DNA of 64,000 bases from Bugula neritina (taxonomy: Eukaryota; Animalia; Bryozoa). Of this stretch, positions 1-11,900 are shown one piece after another. The first letter of the stretch is position 1. Each line of letters opens with the position of its first letter. The position numbers were made by a program, and so were the translations under genes. The DNA lies in assembly GCA_964035545.1 (NCBI GenBank), contig OZ037766.1:496001-560000 (forward strand). The letters are read 5' to 3'. The notes below the pieces were generated by a model. The model was not told the DNA's origin. It searched no databases and saw nothing but the letters and a program-made list of their open reading frames with translations.

Positions 1-108
1 CCTTTTCACTGTCACTTAATTTTCTATGTAAATATATGTGTGAAAAGTTTCTCTGAAAATTTAAGTATACAGAGTTTCATACAATCTGCATGGTAAGCCT
101 ATCTAAAG

Positions 109-216
109 CTACATGTAACCCTACCCTCAACTTTGAAAGTGAAACTACATCTAACCCTACCCTCAACTTTGAAAGTGAAACTACATGTAACCCTACCCTC
201 AACTTTGAAAGTAAAA
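109..216. repeat. 36-bp tandem repeat, 3 copies
   Basis: ctacatgtaaccctaccctcaactttgaaagtgaaa repeated. Confidence 0.9.
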
Positions 217-243
217 CTAGGTTTTATTTATAGCACTCTGTAC

Positions 244-1151
244 CTGTAAATAGTTGCCAGCAATATCATCCTCAAGCACCGTAACTGCGTGATGAAGTAT
301 AAGGCGCACTGTATAAAGTTCAAAGCTATGCACATCTCTAATCCTCTCGTTGGAATTACCGTGTTGACTGCCACACTTGCGTATAAAATAACCGGCATTA
401 TCGTTACTATGGCATCGAGCATGTTCATTGACTTTAGAAAATGGCATTTCTTTGGGCAACTCACAAACCTTATTAAAATTTCTAAATCGAAGAATATGAA
501 TGCGAGCAGGTCAATCAGGAAATATGCTCCAAATTCTATTTTCTCTTGAGAATAGGTGAGTGCCCAGGTGCATGCCTCGCTACTGAACATCAGTCCCATG
601 TACTTCTGGTACGTCATGTTAGGTAGTCTTGGTGAGCGCTGCAATATCACTGGAGATGTGACCGCGGCTACATTAATACTGTGTATTATTACCATTCCAA
701 AATACACCATCGTCCACGCTACAGCCAGCTTTCTGTTGTTGGTGTATGGTCCCATTGGGTCGGTCATGAAGTACCACACCCTGTCTCTCCACCTCAGTTC
801 CCTCTCCAGTTCTATTCTTCTCTCAAACCACAGAAACTCTTTTTCCATCTCTTCATCTGTCTTGTCAATTCTTATTTGCTGACAGCAGTCTTCTATGGCT
901 GACTTCTCAACTCCCCAGAACTGGAGCTGCTTGGTGAATGTCTGATAACACATGTTCTGTGGAACATGAAGTTCCCCTGTTCTGTGGTAACGTAAAACTT
1001 CTCTAAACACCTCCTCATCCGCATCAAAGAAGTATTCTGTACCTTCATTACCTGACAGGAGTTTACCCAGAGTTGTGTGTGGATATTTAGACAGTGTCTC
1101 TCTGGTGGTTACAAACCTCTGTCCTGATACGTTGATGACTATCCTGCTCAT
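244..1151 (-). CDS. Voltage-gated K+ channel subunit, Shaw/Kv3-like, paralog 1 (first coding exon: T1 + S1-S4; later exons lie outside the window)
   Basis: T1 domain RIVINVSGQRF...EYFFD...YHRTGELH with the HX5CX20CC Zn-site spacing of non-Shaker Kv T1 domains and FWG. Hydrophobic S1-S3, S4 QLRCLRM. Donor CAG|GTAC at 244/243, the same position as in paralog 2. Confidence 0.88.
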
Positions 1152-3356
1152 AGTATTTCAGTTGAACAAGTCAAATGATTGTATTAGAACCTTGCTATTA
1201 CCTAATCTTCACTCAGCTTTGCAATCATCTGGTGTTTGTTTCATTTTTATAATAATGTGTTTTCTTTTCTGGTGTATTGATTTTCAATAGGACAGCCAGT
1301 TGTTGAAATCTGGTGTCAGAGTCATGAGTGGAGTGAGCTGCTATACATCAAGATATTAAATATCATTTTGAATATAAATGCAAACAATCACAGTTGTTTA
1401 ATTGCAATGGATATCGTTGTAAATAGCTCATTACACTTGCAAATTTTGTCATCCAATCTGAAGCTCATGGATCTAAAAGTTCACAGCTCTTACTTTGCAT
1501 ATAATATTGAACTTATATACATGGAATAACTGTGAATATTGAATATTGTTGATGACCAGAAATATCATACTATATTTTATAATCCATATTCCGGAAGTAC
1601 TCTGTGAAGACATAAGAGTAAACCTATGTAATAATATTCTCTATTGCTCTGAAAAGACCGGATATATTATCAGTATTTCAAAAGTAGTGTGTTTTCATTT
1701 GAAGGTACTACTTGAGACTACATAGTGCTTAAGGCTATTTAGACTTGACTGTTCAAAGTGGATCCTTTTATTGGTCATAATTTTAGTGACATGTTATGTG
1801 ATACAGGAAGTAACGTTGGGTTTGGGGGACAATTTCTCTCAACTAGTCTTGAAATTATGAGCTGCATTTATATTCACGTCACTTCATGAACAATATTGCT
1901 GCAAGATATTAGTTACAGAACCTGTTTTGTTATAAGTTGAGTGAAATACTACAATATATGAGCATATAATGATTACTATCTGAGGTTTAGTATTAATATG
2001 TGTGTTTGCATACAGTTTTCTAGTACTCAATGAGGTCTGATATAAAGTTTGCTTATGAAATAAGGTTGATACTCTGCATTGGTAACATGTTTCTGTTCTT
2101 CACAAGTTCCTTGTACACCCCACAAGTTCTAGACAGACTACTAGTAGCTCAGCTGCCTCCCCGACAGACTACTAGTATCCCAGCTGCCTCCCCTCTGTAC
2201 TTCTACCTTTGGTTAACTTCTCATCACAACCTCATCCCAGTCTCTCATATCACAATGCAATGCTACAGAAGTATCCCTACCCTGTGCTTACTTGGTGCTA
2301 GCTGTCTATTCTCCCCCCAAGTCGCTGGTATATCTTCTTTACATTCGCCAACCTACTCTTATTTTATAACAGTGAGTTTTGTTTTTATGCTTTGTGTTTG
2401 AAAAGAATTTGGGTTTTAGTTTTCTCCAATTCAACTGACTGTGGGGAGGGGGTAACTTTGAGAATGAAATTGTGTTGCCAGCATAAAATTCAGTCAAGTG
2501 CAACAGTTGCCAAAGGGTGTAAAAAGGCATTCTTGTGCTGCTGCCTTCCTCAGTATACTGCAACATTTCACAATGCTGACAGTCTACCAGCATACTGATA
2601 GCTTAGGTTACTCTTAGATAAATGAGTGTAGTATATAGTCTATGTAGTGTAACTGGCCAGACTACTGTATTGCTTCAGTACCATGATGTATATGTGTGTA
2701 TATACAAACTATCTGCCCGTATTGCCCCTAACTCAAATATAGTCGTTTGATTTTTTATGAAATGTAGAAAGTCCAAAAGTAGAACTAAAGTATAAAAATT
2801 ATCTACTCTTTGACTCTTCTCTGGCCTTGCTTTAGTTTACAGTCTCTCTGAAGACAGTTGTTGGTACATTTTATTTGCTGACTATTCAAACCACACATAT
2901 TTGAAGCATCAGTTATATATAGATTTAGGAATTACAATAACAAATGGCAGTGATGCAGTCAGTTTGTACACCAACTGTTAACATCAGTAAATGCACAATG
3001 CAGAAGTTTGTTCAAACTCTGTCACCTATATTCCCAAGCTAAATCTTCTTGGAATTTAAATTTACATATCCACAACACATGGGAGACCAGTTCCATGTAC
3101 CAGTATGTTACAATAGTTAAAATATTACAATAATGATTTACTAGTCATGTTGAAAACACTTTACATTTTCTGCATGCGGTATTTCCTAGTTTCCAACCAT
3201 CAGTTAATACAACTAGTTATATGCTTGTTTTTATTGTTTCACCAACAAAAGCTACTATTTTGTCTGAATTCTGAATATTTTCAGTAAAGTAACTTGTGCA
3301 TGCACTTGACCAGCTAGTGAGTTTACAGGAAGCTGCTACCGTGGTATTGGTGACAT

Positions 3357-5160
3357 TTAGCAGCTGTTTTCAGACTCTCTGCTCTTACCATTCAGTTCTG
3401 ACACCTGCATTTCTTCTTTAGTCCAACAATCTATCTCTATCGGCACTTGTCTCTTCAAAGAACGTTTAAGTTTCTTTCTCAATATTCGCTTCTGGTTGTA
3501 CTCGTAGTAGACTGTGAAGTTCGCTCCAACGATAGCAATAGGTAGGGCAGTGATCATTAGTCCACACAGCATTATAACTGCTGCCACTGCATATCCGAGG
3601 GTATTTTTAGGGTAATAGTCCCCGTATCCTACTGTAGTCATGGTTACTACCACCCACCAATATGCTGCAACATTTCAACTCAGTTTTAAACACAATCTAC
3701 TGAAAGAAAATATTTTCTCAATTTTTACATTTTCTCAACATTTTCAATTTTTAAAAAACTCAACTCAACAAGAATTGTTCACCTCTTGGTATGCTAGCAA
3801 TGTTTGGTCCGGTAGCGTTTTCTGTAAAGTTCAGAGTTCCCAGCAGTTCCGAGTAGAATACCAATGGGGCGCAGATGAGACAGGAAATGACTATAGTGAC
3901 GGCTAGTAGACATATCTCTCTCCAGCTTGTGTAGATAGCTAGAACCAACACCTGTAACTGACTGAAATGGAGATGATTGGGTAGTTTTACTAGTAACCTT
4001 TCATGCACTTGTCTCAACAATTTAGGCTTAGTTTACGGATTGGTTAACAATGATCGATAAAAGCTGAAACACCAAACTGAAATTCTTCAGGCTGCAAAGT
4101 GGGGTTAAAAGTTGAAATATCAAGACTTGTACACTCTGTCCTTACCTTACCTGCAAATGGTTACTATCTTGAAAAGTCGAATACTTCTTAGCTGTATAAA
4201 GAGAAAAATAACTATCTGTGCATAGTTGACAGCCGTACACCCTTCTGCTCCCAGATGTTGAATCGCTACCTTCTCTTTTATGAGAAACGAAATGACAAAC
4301 TCGGTGGCCTGCGCTATAGTTATCATCATGTCTAAGAAGTTAATGGAGCACAAGAATGCTCTTTTCTTAGGGCAGCATATGAACCTGATTACCATCTCTA
4401 TGGTGAAGTAGACAAAACAAGCGTGATCTGTGATATACATGAGTACGAATCCTTTTACGTTGTGTCCGTTTCTTAACATCCTGTTCTGGTTATGGATAGC
4501 TTTGCACGAGTCTTTGCTTATCAGTTCTTTAATTGCGTCATAATATTCACCATCTGTGTTGTTTAAGTAGAACTCTGATACACGTGGGCTCGTGGCCACT
4601 GCTATGTTTACACTCTGTATGACCACCATAAGGCAGTAAATACCTGTCCAAACCATTGATGCCTTCCGCCATCTGGTGTATGGTCCCAATGGGTCAGTCA
4701 TGAAGTACCACACTCTGTCTCTCCACCTCAGTTCCCTCTCCAGTTCTATTCTTCTCTCAAACCACAGAAACTCTTTTTCCATCTCTTCATCTGTCTTATC
4801 AATTGCTATTTGCTGACAGCAGTCTTCTATCGCTGACTTCTCAACTCCCCAGAACTGGAGCTGTTTGGTGAATGTCTGATAACACATATTCTGTGGAACA
4901 TGAAGTTCCCCTGTTCTGTGGTAACGTAAAACTTCTCTAAACACCTCCTCATCCGCGTCAAAGAAGTATTCTGTACCTTCACCATCTGACAGGAGTTTAC
5001 CCAGAGTTGTGTGTGGATATTTAGACAGCGTCTCTCTGGTGGTTACAAACCTCTGTCCTGATACGTTGATGACTATCCTCTTTGCACTCCCTGAGATACG
5101 TACAGGTTCTTCTCTGTGAATTTCCTCTACTTCTGGCAGCATCTCCAGTGATTCAGTCAT
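3357..5160 (-). CDS. Voltage-gated K+ channel subunit, Shaw/Kv3-like, paralog 2; exons 5160-4151, 3961-3783, 3664-3357
   Basis: Spliced product has T1 (HX5CX20CC), S1-S4, S5 (WREICLLAVTIVISCLICAPLVFYSE), pore AYWWVVVTMTTVGYGDYYP and S6 (MITALPIAIVGANF). GT-AG junctions keep the frame. Confidence 0.93.
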
Positions 5161-5839
5161 CTCTTGTTGGCTCTATATCACCTGTGTTAAAGTGTACCTC
5201 CCTGCAAGTTTTTGTCCCACTTACTTAGCTACTAACCAAGATATGTATGCTGGCAATTGAAGTGAAACTCACTGCCTTTCTAAGTGAAAGTCACATAAAG
5301 TATGTGCTAGTCCTAATGACCATTAGATTTAATGACCACCCACTTGTATAATTTCTTTTGACATTCCTCGTACATCGTGAGTTCCTACCAGCACAGTTGC
5401 TGCTATTGATTGTCTCCAAATTTGTGTCACAGGTTGCACTCACAGAAAAGGTCAAGTGGAAAATAATTATTCAGTAGGGAATTGCGCTTTTTGTGAAACC
5501 TGTTACCATTCATTTCTAAATGGAATAAAAAATAAGTACATGATTTATATATGTGTTCAATGCCTTTGGGATGCTGGTAATGAAATATAAAATTAGTTTG
5601 GTGAGGACATGCTCACTTGCCTTCTATCTCCAAATGCATAAAATATTAGTATAGTGTAGTACTTGTGAGACCATCAGGTTGTTATTACTACTAATACCTC
5701 CATCAGACTGCTTTCAACTTTTCAACACATGGCCATATTTCAGATACGTCCTAATAACAGCTGTATAGACTAGAGTCTAGAATCTATATGTTCTTGTTCA
5801 CATGTCAATATCAGGCCTTAGTTGAAATCTATATAGTAT

Positions 5840-5955
5840 ATACTAACATACAAGTGTTATATCTGTAATATACTAACATACAAGTATTATATCTGTAATA
5901 TACTAACATACAAGTGTTAATATATGTAATATACTAACATACAAGTGTTATCTGT
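5840..5955. repeat. ~30-bp intronic tandem repeat, ~4 copies
   Basis: tactaacatacaagtgttatatctgtaata repeated. Confidence 0.85.
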
Positions 5956-5984
5956 ATTCTTATGTTGTAAGTGTTTATCTGCAG

Positions 5985-8900
5985 CAATTCAGAACGAATC
6001 TGAGGACGGTGAATGGAGGTGCTGACTTTGACCAGGTGATGCTGGAGGAGATCTACTACGCCATTCAGAAGGAAGAGATTGTGCTGCCAGAGGAGAGAAC
6101 TGGGTTGGTGAAGGAGCTCTACTCCTGGAAGGTGAGTCTGTAGCTTCTATATCCCACCTTCTATATCTCACCTTCTGTATCTCACCTTCTATATCTCACC
6201 TTCTGTATCTCACCTTCTGTATCTCACCTTCTATATCTCACCTATACTCGTATCACATTTGTATACGTTACAGGTGTTGCTGGGTAAAGCCGCAGCCCCA
6301 CAGAGTTCTTTTATTCACGCACCCACCGGTTGCTATGACAACGAGCTATTCACCATAATATGGGGCCCGACCATAGCCGCCCTCTCCTTTGTGTTTGACA
6401 AGAGCCAAGACTCTGTTATTGTGCAGAAGGCTATCACTGGTTTCAGGTTTGTTCTCTCTCTCTCTGTATGACATGTGATGACAAGTTCTCTCTCTCTGTA
6501 TGACATGTGATGACAGGTTCTCTCTCTGTATGACATGTGATGACAAGTTCTCTCTCTCTGTATGACATGTGATGACAAGTTCTCTCTTTCTGTATGACAT
6601 GTGATGACAAGTTCTCTCTCTCTGTATGACATGTGATGTCAAGTTCCCTCTCTATATGACATGTGATGACAAGTTCTCTCTCTGTATGACATGTGATGAC
6701 AAGTTCTCTCTTTCTGTATGACATGTGATGACAAGTTCTCTCTCTCTGTATGACATGTGATGACAAGTTCCCTCTCTATATGACATGTGATGACAAGTTC
6801 TCTCTCTGTATGACATGTGATGACAAGTTCTCTCTCTGTATGACATGTGATGACAGGTTCTCTCTCTGTATGACATGTGATGACAAGTTCTCTCTCTGTA
6901 TGACATGTGATGGTCGTATGATATGCAGTAAGACTAGTTGTTTATGTACATTGTTGTCATGGCAACTGTTACAGGAAGTGTGCCATGATCTCCGCCCACT
7001 ACGGACTGAGTGAAGTATTTGACAACATCATCATATCTCTGTGTAAATTCACCACTTTCCTCAACACATCAGAGGTGAGAGTTCAACACTCAGTAAACTC
7101 TACACGTTCTAGATTTACTGTCCGCTTTACCTGGTGGCTCGTATTCCACTGAGTTTCAGTAACGGTTTTATTTCTCCAGTTCTGTTATTATTTGCACCTC
7201 ATTGATTATATATCTTGTGAACCATCTTATGTTGTATTTGAGTTTAAGGAATCATTGTGTGAAATGTTTTAGCTCCTAACTTGACAAGTAGAATGCATAA
7301 AGTTGTGATGCCTCTAAGCTGTCTCTATCTATGTAAGCTGTCTGCATATACGCTGTCTGTATGACTCATTCGCAGAGCTCAGATCTGATTGCTGTCTCAT
7401 TCGCTGCCAATCACAAAGCACAACTCGCTGCCAAAACAGTGTTTAGTTTGGCTCATCGCCACGGAGACATGCTGCGGGAGGGGTGGAAGAACATTCTAGA
7501 CTGTATGATTACTCTGTATCGAGCTCGGCTACTTCCTGCGACCTTCACCGAGGTCGAGGACTTCCTGAATCCCGACGGAAAAATAAAACTCGTGAAAGAG
7601 AACAAACCGAGTGACCCGAGGTGGGTGTTGAGTGGGTGTGAGTAGTGAGTGAGTTACTGTGAGTATGTATAGTAGTATATAGTAGTATATAGTAGTATAT
7701 AGTAGTATATAGTATGTATAGTAGTATATAGTAGTATATAGTAGTATAATACTGATAGTTACTGGATACTTTGAAGGAACGACTCGGGAGTGTTCAACGC
7801 ATTCTTCACATACTTCTCCGCTGACTCGGCAGCTCAGAAGACTCAGCCAGTCGAGGAGCAGCAGGCGAAGGAGACGAGTAAACAGGTGATAGACGACTGT
7901 GACCTTGACTCTGTGATTGACGACACCAAGTTCCTGCGTACCAGCTCTCTCCAGGTACACCCCTTGTATACACTATCCCTTAATGCACCCCTTGTATACA
8001 CCCCTTGTATACTCCCCTTGTATACACCCCTTATATACCCCCTTGTATACACCCCTTGTATACACCCCTTATATACCCCCCTGTATACTCCCCTTGTATA
8101 CACCCCTTGTATACCCCCCTGTATACTCCCCTTGTATACACCCCTTGTATACTCCCCTTGTATACACCCCTTGTATACACCCCTTGTATACTCCCCTTGT
8201 ATACACCCCTTGTATACACCCCTTGTATACTCCCCTTGTATACTCCCCTTGTATACACCCCTTATATACCCCCTTGTATACACCCCTTGTATACACCCCT
8301 TGTATACTCCCCTTGTATACTCCCCTTGTATACACCCCTTATGTACTCCCCTTGTATACTCCCCTTGTATACACCCCTTATGTACTCCCCTTGTATACAC
8401 TTGTGTCTGTATCCTGTATGTATTGTACATATACTGTTGCAGGAGCTGATCAAAGCCCTCATCACGTTGTGTCAAGTTGATGAGTTGGAGAATGGAGACT
8501 GTCCAGACGAGGATACCGTGGTCTTCTTCCTCGAGCTTCTCATCCGGGTTATCCTCCAGAACAGGTGACTTCTCCCCCTTTACTCGCTCTTCTGTATACG
8601 CTCCTGTCTAACATCCCTACTACCCGGCGTACGCCTCAATGCCTGTCTGTGTGTCCGATATAAGATACCGGTGAGAACTGCCCACTGATCTCTATTCATT
8701 GCTCTCTCTCTTTGTATACAGAGACAGGGCTGGTGCTATCTGGCAGAGTGTTAGAGATCACTTGTCGTCCATCATAATGCACGCTACAGACCACACCTTC
8801 CTGGCCGAGAGAGCCGTCATAGGTCTGCTGCGTATTGCTATCAGACTGCTCTGTAGGGAGGAGGTGGCCTGTCAGGTTAGTCATACACATCTCTGGTATG

Positions 8901-11900
8901 TTACACTCCTTCCTATTGGACGATTCTTGTTTCTCTCTTTTCTCTATTGACGTGTTGAAAGTTTATTCTGTTATTTTATGATTCTATTTATGCAAACTCT
9001 GAAATTTTTGACATGGTCTTTCATACTATACTGTGTATTTACAGTGTAACTTACCATTGTACATGTATATTATACTATATACCGTGTATTTACAGTGTAA
9101 CGTACCATTGTACATGTATATTATACTATATACTGTGTATTTACAGTGTAACGTACCATTTTGCATGTCATGTGTAAGTAAAGTATCAGTACTAAGCTCT
9201 GTACATAACATGGGTGGGTTTGAAAGCTCAGCCTTAGGCCCAACGTTCCAAACTACCCTCTGCAATGTAGCTGAGTTCCTAGCTTCACCTATCTATCTCT
9301 TATGGCTTCCTTTTTACTACCGCTTTGTGCTGGCTCTTGAGAAGCTGTACCCCAAGACCTGTTATAGTTAATATATATTATGTATTCATTCAGTTAATTA
9401 GGAGTTGTCTGCTCTGAAATGAGCTATAAGTTCAAACACATCACTGAATGTGTGGACAGAGTTTTGTTTTGTTCTACTATGAATCTATGTCACGTTGTGT
9501 ATTCAAACTGACGTGTCTCGGTTACTTACACTACTACTACACAACAATGCTATGTCATGTCTCAGTTACTTACACTACTACTACACCACAATGCTATGTC
9601 ATGTCTCAGTTACTTACACTGCTACTACTACACCACAATGCTATGTCATGTCTCAGTTACTTACACTACTACTACACCACAATGCTATGTATTGTAAATG
9701 TCAAATAATATCCTAGAGAAAGAATGTGATGCCTGGATGCTCTTTTCTAATAGAAGTTCTTTAGATCTGAGTTTATGAGTGAACAATGAGTGCTTTGAAT
9801 ATATATAAACTCATTTCATTATTAAATTTATAACAAAAATTGAAAGTGTAATTGAAATATTTTGCTAGTAATAATGTTACTGCCAGTTGCTCTTTTCTGA
9901 CTCTACTCCGAGTTGTGTTTGTATTCCCCTGTCTGTGAGAATCCCTACTTGAAAGTGATTTGATTTTATGGCTATGGTGTTCCTGAACTACTTCTTCCAT
10001 AAGTATATAAATATTCCTCCTCAGTACCCTCATTGGACTCACCCACTGATGCTGTGTCACTTTTCTCAATCCTGCTATTTGGTTTCTTTTTGTTAGCCAA
10101 TAACATTTAGTTTAGCTAAAAGCAACCAATCACATCCTGTGTTGCTCACAGGTGCTGCCCTCTCTCCGAGTGTTGCTGCTGATGAAGGGTACAGTTCTAA
10201 GGTCAATGTCCCGGCAGCTAGCCTTCGGTATGCACCTTCTTCTTGAGACCAACGCTGCCAACATACACTCCACACAGGACTGGTGCTGCCTCTTCACGCT
10301 CTTAGAAGTTATAGGGGCTGGCGGCAGCGTGCCCCCTAGTCCCTACGGTGAAATGAATGGTGGAACTCAGGCTGAAGAGGATGCTGGTAACCCATCTGTT
10401 TCTGTTGAGCTTAAAGTGTGTCTTTTGTACATTTAATGGGCAATAATCACTCAATAAATGTTGCTGTTTCAACACTAATATATCATTCATGCTCAGTCTA
10501 GTAATGATGAGATCACAGTATAAAATGTAATCAGGGTCTAGTAGACAGACTGACAAGTGTCTGTCATCTGTCAACAGGTGCCCAGAGTGACGGTGAGATG
10601 AGCTCAAGAGTGACAGGTGACACTGGGGATGCAGCAAGTGACAGGGGCTACACATCAGACAGTGAGCTGTACGGTGGCACTGCAGTGACAAGTAACTCAA
10701 GTGCCCCAAACCTCATGACAACTTCCTCAAACTCAGATCTGTCTACAGACCAGACCTGGATCATGGTACAGTCTCTACACTTTCTCTTATTCTCATATGA
10801 TGAAACACTCAGTATCTAAGTTATATTATAGGAATGTATGCAGCCAGTTACATTGATCTCAACAGTTAGTAACAAATATCTCAACAGTTAGTTACAATGA
10901 TGTCAACAGATAATTAGAATACTCATCTCATAGTTTAAACCGTAGCCTCACAGTATTGTTGTCATGTTGGAAGGTGAACAAACACTCCCATAAGAATACT
11001 AGTCTAGATTCTCTCCCTTTCAAGAAGGAGCCGGCGGGGAGGCCGTCAAAGGCACCCCAACACAACCAGTTTAGTATAGTACTGGACGAGGAGTTACACC
11101 CCCATGACTCTAAGGCTCTGATGAAGTGTGCTGAGGTTCTAATGCTACTAGTTAGGGACGCGGCGCACATCACCCCGTATAACTTTGATAGCTGTGTTCA
11201 CTCAATCAGAGTGTTTGTAGAAGCCAGCATGCAGAATGTCTCAGGTGAGTTTCATATACTTCTCTCACAGCTGAAGGTTGTTAGTAATTACATATCCTAC
11301 TGAGTAGTGTGAGTCATACAGTACTTCCTGTTTCCTGCTGAGTAGTGTGAGTCATACAGTACTTCCTGTTTCAGTTCCTAAGCGTAAATTATCTCACGGC
11401 AAACAGAAAGATAAAAAACAGAGAAACAAAAGAGAGAATAAATCCGGCGGGTATTCCAAGTCTCATTCCAAACACCACAATCCTTCTAGTAAGTGATTAG
11501 CAGTACTTCTAGTAAGTGACTGACAGTACTACTAGTAAGTGACTCTGTTGTACAGTGACTAGTAGTGAGTGACTCTGTTGTATAGTGACTAGCAGTGTGA
11601 GTGACTCTGTTGTATAGTAACTAGTAGTGAGTGACTCTGTTGTATAGTGACTAGCAGTAAGTGACTCTGTTGTATGGTGACTAGCAGTGAGTGACTCTGT
11701 TGTATAGTGACTAATAGTGAGTGACTCTGTTGTATAGTGACTAGCAGTGTGAGTGACTCTGTTGTATAGTAACTAGTAGTGAGTGACTCTGTTGTATAGT
11801 GACTAGCAGTAAGTGACTCTGTTGTATGGTGACTAGCAGTGAGTGACTCTGTTGTATAGTGACTAATAGTGAGTGACTCTGTTGTATAGTGACTAGCAGT

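Noticed and set aside
5690-5715. Minus-strand CTGATGA and other CTGANGA hits (10178, 11118, 52410, 63869)
   Set aside because: No correctly placed stem II/GAAA/stem III, so not hammerheads.
6333-8568. Many overlapping repetitive ORFs (ERTCHHMSYR, YTPLV, QGVYTRG)
   Set aside because: Intronic minisatellite translations; only the short exon parts belong to GBF1.
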